Positions 48,184-58,195 of a DNA stretch of 64,000 bases are shown in pieces. Position 1 is the first letter of the stretch; each line of letters begins with the position of its first letter. The stretch is taken from the NCBI GenBank assembly GCA_044222185.1, contig JBGANV010000008.1, positions 32,001-96,000 of the forward strand, read 5' to 3'. The notes under the pieces are model-generated. The model ran no database searches and was not told the DNA's origin. It saw nothing but the letters and a program-made list of their open reading frames with translations. This stretch comes from Planctomycetota bacterium (lineage in GTDB: Bacteria > Planctomycetota > GCA-002687715 > CAIWVZ01). The position numbers were made by a program, and so were the translations under genes.

Positions 48184-48339
48184 TCAGATGCGCCCCATCA
48201 ACACCAGGATGAGGACGATGAGCAGCACGAGCCCGAGCCCGCCACTCGGGCCGTATCCCCAGCCACGACTGTGGGGCCACCGAGGCAACGCGCCGACGAG
48301 AAGCATCACCAACAGGATCAAGAGGATCGTTCCAAGCAT
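48184..48339 (-). CDS. DUF3309 family small membrane protein
   Basis: AAGGAG RBS; MLGTILLILLVMLLVGALPRWPHSRGWGYGPSGGLGLVLLIVLILVLMGRI matches the family pattern. Confidence 0.92.
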   Translation of the reverse strand: MLGTILLILLVMLLVGALPRWPHSRGWGYGPSGGLGLVLLIVLILVLMGRI

Positions 48340-48698
48340 GATCGACTCCTTGCGCCGGCGCCGGTCGCCGGCGGTGCTTTCCGTTCCATAGATGGCGTCC
48401 ACGCGGCTCGCGGGCACCCAGGAGGCAGCGGTCCGTGCGTCCGTGCGCCGACGGATCGCGGTGCAGTAAGGATTGCCATCCGTGGACGAAAATGCCGAGC
48501 GGGACCGTCCAGTCCCGTTCACGCGAGCCCTTCATCCCGGTCCGCGACCGGTCGGACTCGCACATCGACAGGAGAAGCAAGCTGCGAGCCGTGACCGCGA
48601 GCCGTGCCCACGAATTTCCTCGACGGGGCGTCGAGAACGCCGCACTCGCGACCCCCGGAAACCCGTGACCTGCGCGGGCGACGACGCCCGCTCGCGGA

Positions 48699-49175
48699 TC
48701 ACGGCCCGAACGTGATCCAGGCCGGGAACGTCCCGTGGACTCCGGTGACGGTGACGATTCCGATGTCCGAGGCTTCGAGTCGCGGCATGCCGGACAACGG
48801 CCGGGTCTCGCGCATCGACAGAGTCGTCGTTCCCGGTCCCTGGATGAGCCACTCGCCGCATGCATGACGGGCGAAGGGCATCCACAGCTCGACGCGCACC
48901 GCCGTGGGCGTCGTCACGTGGAAGCGCGCGTCCTGGAGCGCCCGCACCGGTCCGAGCGTTTCGGTCGACCCCGCGGCGAAAACCCCGCCGGCGCCGCCCA
49001 GGAATCCACGCCCGATGGCCTCGGCCGCGGCCGCATCCACCGCGATCCCGCGACCTCGCATGGGGTGGAACGCCTCGGCGACGAGCCCCTCCCACCGCGT
49101 CCGTTGTTCTGCCGATGCACGCTCGGTGATCCACCGATCGAGCGCTTCGATGAGGGCGATCTCTTGCGGGATCAT
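48699..49175 (-). CDS. Hypothetical protein
   Basis: AAGGA RBS before ATG 49175, 10 nt after the methyltransferase stop. Confidence 0.65.
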   Translation of the reverse strand: MIPQEIALIEALDRWITERASAEQRTRWEGLVAEAFHPMRGRGIAVDAAAAEAIGRGFLGGAGGVFAAGSTETLGPVRALQDARFHVTTPTAVRVELWMPFARHACGEWLIQGPGTTTLSMRETRPLSGMPRLEASDIGIVTVTGVHGTFPAWITFGP

Positions 49176-49185
49176 GGGAATTCCT

Positions 49186-49875
49186 TCACGGGCGCACCAC
49201 GTGAGTCCGGAGCTGGTTGAACCTGCCGCCCGGCACCGCGACGCGGAACCGCGCCGCGCTCTGCCACGCGAACCCCACGCCCTCGACGGCAGCGCGCAAC
49301 GCATCCTCCGTGTAGAACCGCAGCTCGAACGTGTCGTCGGGCCCGGGCTCGATGGGCACGAGACTCGCTGCCTCGGGGACCTGGAACACGAACGATCCTC
49401 CAGGTCGCAGGACGCGATACACCTCGTGGAAGTAGGACTGCACGACCTCCCGAGGAAGGTGTTGGAACACGATGTGGGAGAACACGACTCCGACGGATCC
49501 GGTCGCGATCGGCGCGAGCGAGATCCCGTCCCCTTCGACGAAGCGCGTGTTTCCGAGATGGGCGAGCCGCTCGCGGGCCTTCGCCACCATCTCGGGGGCG
49601 ACGTCGATTCCGATGAGCTGCTTCACTCGGGGCGCGACCCATTGATCCATGCGCCCGATTCCGCAACCGATGTCGAGCACGGTCTCGTCTGCGTGCAGAA
49701 GGTGCTCGAGCCACCTGAACACGTAGTAGACGTCTCGACGGCCGGACTCTTCGAAGTCCTGGGGATCGGTCGAGTTGATGGTCGCTATGAAGTAGGCCGC
49801 TTCGGAGCGGGCACGGTCGCTCCAGTCCGACTTCATCTTCTTCAGGAGGCGCAGACCTTCGGGGCTGAGCGTCAT
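49186..49875 (-). CDS. Class I SAM-dependent methyltransferase
   Basis: VLDIGCGIGRM, GIDVAPEMV, VFSHIVFQH, EVYRVLRPGG. Confidence 0.92.
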   Translation of the reverse strand: MTLSPEGLRLLKKMKSDWSDRARSEAAYFIATINSTDPQDFEESGRRDVYYVFRWLEHLLHADETVLDIGCGIGRMDQWVAPRVKQLIGIDVAPEMVAKARERLAHLGNTRFVEGDGISLAPIATGSVGVVFSHIVFQHLPREVVQSYFHEVYRVLRPGGSFVFQVPEAASLVPIEPGPDDTFELRFYTEDALRAAVEGVGFAWQSAARFRVAVPGGRFNQLRTHVVRP

Positions 49876-49973
49876 CGCATGAACTCTCCGGCGTCCAGGT
49901 AGTCCGTTCGTCGCGTGGCTTTCGGTCCGTGCGTGGGATGCACGCGCTCGGATGCGCTCGCGACGCCCAGCTC

Positions 49974-51347
49974 TCACTCCAAGATGAAGACGGGAACCGC
50001 AGAGCCGCCGCCGGCCGTGACGTTCAAGAGCTCGCCGCTCGCGAGCCGCCCGCCAAACCCGATCGATTCGCGCCCACCCCAGATGTAGGGGCTGATGTCC
50101 GCGAAGAAGGACTCGTACTCGACCTTCCCGCCGTGGTCGACGGGGAACGTCTCGTGCGGGATCTCCACGCGATCCTGCACCAGGTGCGGGGCGCGCTGCG
50201 CGGCGGCGATCGCCGTCTCCCACTCGGATTGCGAGACGTGCCACCCGAGCACCACGCCGGCGCCGCCGTAGGCGTCCGTCGGCTTGAGCACGAGCTGCTC
50301 GCGGCGACGGCGGATGACGTCGAGCAAGCTCGCGGTCCGTCCGCCGCCCGCATCCACGGACACGTCCTCGACGATGCGCGACCACGGCACGCAGCGACGG
50401 ATCGCCGCGCGCTCGCGCTCGTCGAACGACGGCCAGAGGCGATCGTCCCAGAAGAACGCGAACAGCTCCTTGCGAAACAAGAGGTGGACGCGAAACCCGC
50501 TCGCGCACGCGATGGCTCCGTCCTTCAGCGCACGAACGAGGGGGTGTGACGCCCCGCCGGACTTGACGAGATCACCCACGAGCACGCGCTTGTAGACGAC
50601 GTCGATGGCGAAGTCCCCGGCCGTGAGCCTCCCGTTCTCGTATCGCAGTTCGTTCGGCTCGATCACGCGCGACGGACAACCCTGCGACGTGAAGAACTCG
50701 GCGCAGATCTCGAACTCGCGGCGGGTGGGCGCGGACTTCCAGTCGACGACGGCGATCGTCGGGTTGGGATGAGCGCGAGCGCCGAGCCGTTGGCGGTGGA
50801 CCTCGAGCAACTGCCGCAGGGTCAGCGCGAGCCCCGAGACGGTGGACGTCCGGTACTCCTTCGTGAACGCCTCCATGACCGGCAGCTCGCGGAAGAACTT
50901 CACGAGCATCTCGCCGAACGCGATGCCGCCCGGGCTCTCGGCGTTGTATTCGATGACCTTGAACGCGCCGTCCCGCACGAGGAATCCGTCGATGCGCGCG
51001 ATCTGGTCAGGCTCGATCCCCTGGCGATCGGCGGCGAGGGTCTCCTCCTCGGCCGCCGTCAGGCGCAAGAGGCCGCGATAGCGGGGATCGGTTTCGAGCA
51101 CGCGCAGGAGCTTGCGGAACGCGCTCGCCAGCGCGTTCACGTCCGAGTTCAACCGGTCGGCCTCGCACCGCGTGAGGAAGAACGGGCGCAAGACCCGGCA
51201 GATGGGGCGGTCGCCGAAGACGAGGTTCGTGCGGCGCAGCTCGCTCTCGAGGCGGCGCGCGCTCTCGACACCGCGAGGGCCATCGAGCAGCGCGTGGTAG
51301 CGCGTGATCGCATCGCCGATCACGCGCGCATCGGACTTCACTTCCAT
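49974..51347 (-). CDS. Circularly permuted ATP-grasp ligase (glutathionylspermidine-synthase-like fold)
   Basis: ARIDGFL, IEYNAESPGGI, IDVVYKRV, LVLKPTDAYGGAGVVLG, LLNVTAGG. Confidence 0.85.
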   Translation of the reverse strand: MEVKSDARVIGDAITRYHALLDGPRGVESARRLESELRRTNLVFGDRPICRVLRPFFLTRCEADRLNSDVNALASAFRKLLRVLETDPRYRGLLRLTAAEEETLAADRQGIEPDQIARIDGFLVRDGAFKVIEYNAESPGGIAFGEMLVKFFRELPVMEAFTKEYRTSTVSGLALTLRQLLEVHRQRLGARAHPNPTIAVVDWKSAPTRREFEICAEFFTSQGCPSRVIEPNELRYENGRLTAGDFAIDVVYKRVLVGDLVKSGGASHPLVRALKDGAIACASGFRVHLLFRKELFAFFWDDRLWPSFDERERAAIRRCVPWSRIVEDVSVDAGGGRTASLLDVIRRRREQLVLKPTDAYGGAGVVLGWHVSQSEWETAIAAAQRAPHLVQDRVEIPHETFPVDHGGKVEYESFFADISPYIWGGRESIGFGGRLASGELLNVTAGGGSAVPVFILE

Positions 51348-51369
51348 CGTTGCCCCCGCAGGCCGGCGA

Positions 51370-52302
51370 TCACTTGAAGATGAGTTTGTCCCAAGCCGGA
51401 TTGGACTTGGGCTTCTTCTTCCCGTTGGCGACGCCGATCAGGTAGTCCGCCATGTTCGTCACGGCCCACTTGAAGGCGTCCGGGGTGAGGCTCTTCGCGT
51501 CCAGGTCGGGCGCCGCGTTCATGAAGTCGATGGCATACGGCACGCCGTCGCGGATGGCGAACTCGACCGTGTTCATGTCGTAGCCGAGCGCCTGGCACAG
51601 CGTCTTCGCCAGGCCGACCATCTTGGTCATGAGCGCTTCGTCGATGTCGAAGTTGGCGCTCGTGTAGCGCTCGTGGTGGGGCTTGCTCGGATCCCACTTG
51701 TGGGGATAGACGTGCTCGCCGCCGATGACGATGCACCGGACGTAGGCCGACCACTCGATGCCTTCCTGGACGATCATCGAGAGCTGTCCGCTTTCATCGA
51801 AGGCGCGGAGGAGGTCGCCCAGGTTCTTCACCTTCGAGACGTTCTTCCAACCGCCGCCGTACGCCGGTTTGATGAACGCCGGAAGTCCCGTGTAGGCGAG
51901 CACGCCCTCCCAGTCCACCAGCGACATGTTGCGCAGGCTCTGGGCGTTGATGTCGGCGATGTATTCCTTGTTCGGGAGCGCCACCGTCTTGGGAATGGGA
52001 ACGCCGAGCTTCTCCGCCAGGCCGGTCCCGAAGAACTTGTCGTCCGCCAGTTTCCAGAACGGGTTGTTGATCACGTGCACGCCGTGCAGCGCCGCGTGTT
52101 TCAGGAACAGCTGGTAGTAGGGCACCTCGTGCGAGATGCGGTCGAGGATGACCGCGTAGTCGGGCACCTCGCCGACCTTCCATCCACCCGTGCGAACGTA
52201 CTCCGCGCTGACCCCGGTCTTCGCCGAGCGGCTGTTGACTTCCGCGATGAACGCCTCCGGGAACGAGTTCTCCCGGCCGACCATGACTCCGATCTTCTTC
52301 AT
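51370..52302 (-). CDS. RimK-like ATP-grasp ligase
   Basis: ILDRISHEVPYY, INNPFW..ADDKF, PKTVALP, FIKPAYGGGWKNV, QEGI, EFAIRDGVPYAIDFMN. Confidence 0.87.
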   Translation of the reverse strand: MKKIGVMVGRENSFPEAFIAEVNSRSAKTGVSAEYVRTGGWKVGEVPDYAVILDRISHEVPYYQLFLKHAALHGVHVINNPFWKLADDKFFGTGLAEKLGVPIPKTVALPNKEYIADINAQSLRNMSLVDWEGVLAYTGLPAFIKPAYGGGWKNVSKVKNLGDLLRAFDESGQLSMIVQEGIEWSAYVRCIVIGGEHVYPHKWDPSKPHHERYTSANFDIDEALMTKMVGLAKTLCQALGYDMNTVEFAIRDGVPYAIDFMNAAPDLDAKSLTPDAFKWAVTNMADYLIGVANGKKKPKSNPAWDKLIFK

Positions 52303-52508
52303 ATCCACCCCTTGTGTCCGGGGTGGCGTCGGGGCTGGGACCGCGGTCTGCGGGCAGCGCCGAAATCCCCGGCGAAACGTGTCGACGAGCGTAGGCGAAG
52401 CCCTGCCGGGGCTCAACACCGTGGACGGGAAGTCACGGGTCGGATCGGCGGGGTCGGAAACCCGCACGACGCGCTGAACCCTTTGGGCGACGACCGGTGC
52501 TTGGTGAG

Positions 52509-55145
52509 ATGACGACCATGGACCCGCTGGCCCTCCACATCGAAGACCTGCTTACGCACGACGGTTTCGTCCGGAGGCTCGCCCTCCGGCTGATCCGCGA
52601 CGAGGCCGGTGCGGAGGACGTTGTCCAGGACACATGGCTCGAAGCCGTGCGGCGACCGCCGAAAGCGACGGGTTCGGCCCGCGGCTGGTTGGCGAAAGTC
52701 GTCCAGCATCTCGCCGCCAATCGGCACCGTGCCGCGGGGCGGCGCGCACGTAGGGAGTTCATGGCGGCCCGCTCCGAGTCGACGAGCCCAGAGCACGGCC
52801 TCCTCGAACGGGAGGAGACCCGCCGCCAGGTCGTCGCCGCCGTCCTCGACCTGGGCCCGCCGTACTCGACGGTCCTGATCCTGCGGTTTCACCAAGGGCT
52901 CTCCGCGGCCGAGATCGCAATGCGGCAGGCCGTACCCGTCGACACCGTGAAGACGCAGTTGCGGCGCGGTCTCGGAAGGCTGAGGGAGCAACTCGAGCGG
53001 GTCGCCCCCCATGGCGACTGGCGCTTCCTGCTCACACCGCTGGTCGGACTCCCCGCCGTTTCGGGGGTCGGTGCCGGCTCCACCACGACGCTCACCAGCC
53101 TGGGAGTCCTCCTCATGAGTCTGAAGCTTCAGTTCGCGATCCTGCTGGTCGTCGGGGCGATCGCCGGCGCCGCGTGGTGGGCCTGGCTCAAACCGGTTGA
53201 GAACACTCCGGCCGCCCCGCGCATCGATGCTGGCCCGGTCGACGGGCCTTCTGACCTTGCGTCTCGGCCGAGGAAGCCCGCCGAACCCATTCAACCGATC
53301 CCGTTCACCGCATCGGCGGACGGAGGCGCCGCAACGGAGAGCGCGCCGGCTTCGCGAGAGGCACAGGTGCCAGCGAACCGTGAGCTCCGCGGCGTGGTGC
53401 TGGATCGGACCGGGTCGACCGTCGCGGGAGCCCTCGTCATCGCGGGCGACGCGACGCGCGTGCCCTGGCTCGAGGATGACACCGCATTCCTGATTCACGT
53501 GCGGCGGACCGGCGAACCCGCGCCGGACGCGAGCCCGCAACGCGACGTGGTGGTGGTGCGGAGCTCTGCCGCTGGGACGTTCTCGCTCGGCCCGCTCACG
53601 GTGCCGGCGACGTTGACACTCGCGGCCTGGCACCCCGCCCATGGAGTGACGCTCCTCGAGCGCCTACCCATCCCGACTCCTCCACCGGCCAGCGTCACGC
53701 TCCGCTTCGGCGCGGCCGTGAGGCTCGTCGGACGGGTGACGGACGAGTCCGATCATCCGATCAAGGGAGTCCGGGTCGACATCATGCGATCCCGTGACGC
53801 CAACACGTACACCTCCGCTGGCGACACGGTGACGGACGCAGACGGACGGTTCTCGACGGCTCCGATGGCCGGGGTCGCGTTCATGGTCTCCGCATCCGCC
53901 GATGGGTTCGAGCAGGGCCATCAGCGCGTCAAGGACATCGACCCGACGGACCAGGAGCGCATCGTCGATTTCCGTCTCGCTCGCCTCACGCGAGTCCGCG
54001 GCCGGATCCTCTTTCCGAGCGGCGAGCCGGCGCGGCTCGACGCAGAGGCCGCGCGCCTGCTGGGCGAGGCGACGCCATTCGAAACGCGGAGCCAGCGCAA
54101 GCCGCACATCTTCACGTCCGGCGACGACCCGAGCCGGGATCCCAATTTCACGCGCATCGGAAGGGCGGAAGCGACGCTCGTCGACGAAGGGAGCGCCTAC
54201 GAACTCCAATGCGACCGCCGCCCGGTCGGCTACGTCTCGCTCTGGCTTGGTGGAGTGATGATTGCAGTCGCGCATACGACCGAGCCGAAGTTCGCACCCG
54301 ACCTGATCCTGGACCCATCGCGCGCGCCGAACTCTCGGATCCTGGGGGCGCTCTCGATCAAGGCCGTGAGCGATGCCACGAACGCGCCGATCGCCGAATT
54401 CTCGGCGCGGATCGAAGACATCGGCCCCGGCTCGGGCGGCGAAGGTCCCCGTGGATCGAGGACGGTGAGAACGACGACGACGGATGGCACGCTGACGCTG
54501 CAGCCGCTGCCGACGTCGACCCTGCTCGTCACTGTCGTCGCGGCTGGCATGGCACCGACGAATCTGACGATCGCCGTACTGCCGCGCCCGGCGGTGACGG
54601 AGGTCACGGCGCGTCTGCGGCCAGCCACGGGGTCGATCGCGGGGCGTGTCGTCGATGCGGACGGCACTCCCGTGAACGGCGCCAGGCTCGACGTCATCGA
54701 GCATGGCGCCGGTCGCTTCGTTCGATCCACATCGAGCCGGCTGACGACGGACGCGGAGGGCCGCTTCATGGTGAAGGACCTCGCCTGCGGGGCTTGCGTC
54801 GTGACGACATCCGCGGATGGTTTTGCGCTGGCGTCGATCGAGGCCGTGGCCGAACCGACGCCGAAAGAGGTGACGATCCGCCTCGCGAAACCCATCGTCG
54901 TCAAGATCGACCCGAAGGGCTCGTCCGGTCCCCTGTCGTTCCGAATCCTGGACGCCGCCGGGATTCCCCTGCGGGACGACTGGGCGTCGCAGACGGAGAG
55001 CTTCGGGAGCGGGTTCGAGATGCCTCTCGCACCGGGTCGCTACACCGTCGAGGTCGAGTGCCCCAACTTCGAAACGGGTCGCGAGACGTTCACGGCGGCC
55101 GAGGGACTCGTCGTGCCGGTGACGCTGACACCGTCGAAGCGTTGA
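52509..55145 (+). CDS. ECF sigma factor fused to a TM helix and carboxypeptidase-regulatory-like (Ig/transthyretin-like) repeats
   Basis: Region 2 AEDVVQDTW..ARGWL; region 4 LRFHQGLSAAEIA..DTVKTQLRRGL; TM helix; repeats GVVLDRTG, GRVTDESD.PI.G..TDADGRF, GRVVDADG.PV.GA..TDAEGRF. Confidence 0.9.
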   Translation: MTTMDPLALHIEDLLTHDGFVRRLALRLIRDEAGAEDVVQDTWLEAVRRPPKATGSARGWLAKVVQHLAANRHRAAGRRARREFMAARSESTSPEHGLLEREETRRQVVAAVLDLGPPYSTVLILRFHQGLSAAEIAMRQAVPVDTVKTQLRRGLGRLREQLERVAPHGDWRFLLTPLVGLPAVSGVGAGSTTTLTSLGVLLMSLKLQFAILLVVGAIAGAAWWAWLKPVENTPAAPRIDAGPVDGPSDLASRPRKPAEPIQPIPFTASADGGAATESAPASREAQVPANRELRGVVLDRTGSTVAGALVIAGDATRVPWLEDDTAFLIHVRRTGEPAPDASPQRDVVVVRSSAAGTFSLGPLTVPATLTLAAWHPAHGVTLLERLPIPTPPPASVTLRFGAAVRLVGRVTDESDHPIKGVRVDIMRSRDANTYTSAGDTVTDADGRFSTAPMAGVAFMVSASADGFEQGHQRVKDIDPTDQERIVDFRLARLTRVRGRILFPSGEPARLDAEAARLLGEATPFETRSQRKPHIFTSGDDPSRDPNFTRIGRAEATLVDEGSAYELQCDRRPVGYVSLWLGGVMIAVAHTTEPKFAPDLILDPSRAPNSRILGALSIKAVSDATNAPIAEFSARIEDIGPGSGGEGPRGSRTVRTTTTDGTLTLQPLPTSTLLVTVVAAGMAPTNLTIAVLPRPAVTEVTARLRPATGSIAGRVVDADGTPVNGARLDVIEHGAGRFVRSTSSRLTTDAEGRFMVKDLACGACVVTTSADGFALASIEAVAEPTPKEVTIRLAKPIVVKIDPKGSSGPLSFRILDAAGIPLRDDWASQTESFGSGFEMPLAPGRYTVEVECPNFETGRETFTAAEGLVVPVTLTPSKR

Positions 55146-55155
55146 CGGAGTCGAC

Positions 55156-56628
55156 TCACTTCGGCAGGTCGACGAGCACGCCGATCACCAGGCCCTCGCG
55201 CCGCAGCAGCTTCACGCCCGGAGGCTCCGGCAGCCGGTCGAGTTCGTCGGCATATTGATTCAGGTGATGGAGCGTGTGCGGCATCCCGTCGATCACGAAC
55301 CGGTCGGTGAGGACGAGTGTCCGCTCGGGTCGCTTCGCGAGCTCGCGCGTGAGGGCCGCGAGGGCGTCGGGCCCGGCGCCGGGGAGTTGCTCCCAGTGGA
55401 GGTCGAGCAGTGCGCAGGCGGCGGGCGCGATCCAGCCCTGCGTCATGAGCCGATAGGGCTTCGGGGTCGAGCGCGTGGCGGCCGCGATCGCCTCGACGCC
55501 ACGCTCCTGCCGAAGCTCCATCGACGACGACACGTGGCCCGCGACGACGGCGAGGGGCAGCACCGCAAGCACGGCCAGGCCCAGGTTGCGTGTCCGCCCC
55601 ACGACCGGCTCGCCGCGCGCGAACACGGCAACGGTTGCGGCGACGCACGCGATCGGCGCCAGTTGCCACTCGGGGTTGTGAGGCTCGAACCACGCGAACA
55701 GTCCCGTGCGAATCACGACGACCGCGGCCGCGGCCCACGCAAAGCGGTAGGGGGCCTCGTCTCCGCGCGCGAGCCAGCCGGCGGCGAGGCCAGCGACGAG
55801 CGCCAGGATCCCGAGCCAGACGTGGGTCTCCGTGAGCGGCCAATGGCGGCCGATCCACGCGATCGAAAGCGCGTTCGCGATGGCGCCGATGGGCGACTCC
55901 CTCCCCTCGAGCGACGGCCACGCGCCATGCACGGCGAAACGACGCACGTAGTCCACGAACGACTCGTGCTGCGTGCGGTCGAGGGCCCAGGCGCCGAAGT
56001 ATCCGAGGATCGTGAGGGCCCCGGCCACCGCGAGCCACGTCGCGATGCGCCGGGCGCGGGTGCCCGCGGGGAAGTTCATCCACGCGAGGACGGCGACGAC
56101 CGGCACGGCGAGCACGTTGTCCTGGCGGAGCAGGAGCGCGAGCACGGTGATCGTCACGAGGCGACGCACGGTGAGCCCTGGCGCCAGTGCGCACGAAAGC
56201 AGAGCGAGCAGTGATGCCAATCCCAGCGGCACCGTCTCGCCGCCGGCGACCTCGATCCAGAACATGCGCGTCGACGCCAGGAGCGCCGCGGCCATCAGCC
56301 CGATCCACCAGCGTCGCCCCGCCAGCAACGTGATCAGCGCCACGCACCACGCACCGCCGGCCGCCGACAGCAGCCTGACGGCCACGTGACCGGGGCGGCT
56401 CACGTGCAGTGCCTCGAGCCCGTAGGTCGCCGCGGCAGCGAGCACGTGGAAGAGCGGGTGGTGCGGGTGAATCTCGCGGAAGTGCTGCGTCTCCGCATCG
56501 TGTCCGTACCAGACGCCGTCCTGGAGGGCGAGCGCGCCGTCGGACGTGGGCGGCAGGAACCACAGACCGAAGGCGAACGCGCATGCCGCTGCGAGCAGCG
56601 CCGCCAACCGCGAAGGTCCCAGGGTCAT
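55156..56628 (-). CDS. Polytopic membrane protein, probable GT-C glycosyltransferase (paralog 2)
   Basis: About 10 TMs; first-loop QDGVWYG...HHPLFH, GE, RQDN, WFEPHNPEW, TDRFVIDGMP motifs shared with the neighbour. Confidence 0.72.
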   Translation of the reverse strand: MTLGPSRLAALLAAACAFAFGLWFLPPTSDGALALQDGVWYGHDAETQHFREIHPHHPLFHVLAAAATYGLEALHVSRPGHVAVRLLSAAGGAWCVALITLLAGRRWWIGLMAAALLASTRMFWIEVAGGETVPLGLASLLALLSCALAPGLTVRRLVTITVLALLLRQDNVLAVPVVAVLAWMNFPAGTRARRIATWLAVAGALTILGYFGAWALDRTQHESFVDYVRRFAVHGAWPSLEGRESPIGAIANALSIAWIGRHWPLTETHVWLGILALVAGLAAGWLARGDEAPYRFAWAAAAVVVIRTGLFAWFEPHNPEWQLAPIACVAATVAVFARGEPVVGRTRNLGLAVLAVLPLAVVAGHVSSSMELRQERGVEAIAAATRSTPKPYRLMTQGWIAPAACALLDLHWEQLPGAGPDALAALTRELAKRPERTLVLTDRFVIDGMPHTLHHLNQYADELDRLPEPPGVKLLRREGLVIGVLVDLPK

Positions 56629-58115
56629 CGCGATTCCGCTCCCGCGGCCCCGAACAGGATGGCGTACACGAGACCGTCACGCCGGAAGATCCGCGTGCCC
56701 GGTGCCGCGGCGAACGCCGGGTCGTCGACCGGGAGTCTCGGGAGGTTCTCGACCGTCCACGGCATGCCGTCGATGACGAACCGGTCTGTCATGAACAGCG
56801 TGGGCGCCGCGTTCTGCTGCGCCTTCGCCACGGCGTTCGCGAGCATGGCGCCGTCGAGCGACCCCTCGAGGACGTCTCGCTTGACGTGGAGCATGCTGAA
56901 GCCTGCCGCGAGCGCGTGACCGTGGGCGATGAAGCGCCAGCGCCCGCGGCCCTCGCTGACGACCGATTCCACGGCGGACATCAGGCGTCGCTCCCGAAGC
57001 TGCCACGTCGCCGATCCGTGAAACGTGAGCAGCGTGCCCGCCGCGGCGAGGACGAGGGCTGCACCGGTCGCGCGTGCGGGCAGCGACGTCGCCGGCATCC
57101 CGCGGGAGACGGCGGCGACGGCTGCCAGGATCGACGCGAGCGTGAAGACGTGCCACTCGGGGTTGTGCGCTTCGAACCACACGTAGAACGGCACGCGCAC
57201 GAGCAGGGTGATCGCCAGGCCCACGAGCAGACGGCGCCACGGGTCCGATCCGCGAAAGAGAAATCCCAGCGTGACGGTGGGGATCAAGACGGCGAGGCTC
57301 GACGCGGGGACCATCGCATCCGGGTCCCAGCTCCAGTGCCTGCCGACGGCCGCGATCGTGAGCGCCTCCGCGTGGTGCGACAACGCGGCTCCGAGTGATC
57401 GCATGGAGTCAGGCGCGCTCCAGTTCACCGCGCCGAGCCGAAACAGCCAATCGAACAACCCGGTCTTCGGCAACGTGCCGAGCCACCAGATCGTGACGTA
57501 GGCCGCAGCCGTGACGATTCCCACGCCGAGCGTCCAGACGACGAGTCGGCCGAGAGCGTCGCCCTTCGCCGCGCGCGGCGCGAGCATCACGAGAAGTCCA
57601 GGCAAGAGAAGGATGTTGTCCTGGCGCAAGAGGAGCGCGAGGACGAACGTCACGCCTACGGATTTCCAGCGAGGGCCGTCCTTCGCCGCGAGCGTCAGGC
57701 ACCACAAGGCCGCCGCGCATGCCGGCAGGACGTTCTCGCCGACGGCGGCCTCGACGATGAAGCTCCGCGAGCACGCGAGCACGAGCGCGAGCCCCAGGCC
57801 GATCCACGGGCGCGGCCCCGCGATCCGGAACAGGCCCCAAAGGAGCGCCGCCCCGCCCGCGCCCGCGAGGATGCGGATCGCCACGTGGCCCGGCGCGTCC
57901 ACGTGACCCATGCGCAAGAGCGCCACCAACCCCAACGCCGCCACGTGGAAGAGCGGGTGATGGCCGATGATCGCCTCTTTCGGCTTCGATTCGGCGTTGA
58001 TCCCGTACCAGATCCCATCGTGCATCGAGAACGGCCCATCCGCGTCGAACGGATAGAGCCAGATCGCACCCACCACGGTGATGAGCGCCAGCAGCACCAT
58101 GAGGAGTCGTGGCAT
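56625..58115 (-). CDS. Polytopic membrane protein, probable GT-C glycosyltransferase (paralog 1)
   Basis: AAGGA RBS before ATG 58115; HDGIWYG...HHPLFH, GEN, RQDN, WFEAHNPEW, TDRFVIDGMP; ATGA-coupled to paralog 2. Confidence 0.72.
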   Translation of the reverse strand: MPRLLMVLLALITVVGAIWLYPFDADGPFSMHDGIWYGINAESKPKEAIIGHHPLFHVAALGLVALLRMGHVDAPGHVAIRILAGAGGAALLWGLFRIAGPRPWIGLGLALVLACSRSFIVEAAVGENVLPACAAALWCLTLAAKDGPRWKSVGVTFVLALLLRQDNILLLPGLLVMLAPRAAKGDALGRLVVWTLGVGIVTAAAYVTIWWLGTLPKTGLFDWLFRLGAVNWSAPDSMRSLGAALSHHAEALTIAAVGRHWSWDPDAMVPASSLAVLIPTVTLGFLFRGSDPWRRLLVGLAITLLVRVPFYVWFEAHNPEWHVFTLASILAAVAAVSRGMPATSLPARATGAALVLAAAGTLLTFHGSATWQLRERRLMSAVESVVSEGRGRWRFIAHGHALAAGFSMLHVKRDVLEGSLDGAMLANAVAKAQQNAAPTLFMTDRFVIDGMPWTVENLPRLPVDDPAFAAAPGTRIFRRDGLVYAILFGAAGAESR

Positions 58116-58195
58116 GCAGGGTCCTTGGCCGGGGATCATATCGACCCTGTCCCACGAGTGCCCGGAGTTCGCGCCGGGACCGGCATTGGCCGCGG

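Noticed and set aside
48184-48339. Small ORF as precursor peptide for the ATP-grasp ligases
   Set aside because: It is a typical DUF3309 membrane protein without a Ser/Thr/Lys-Asp/Glu core.
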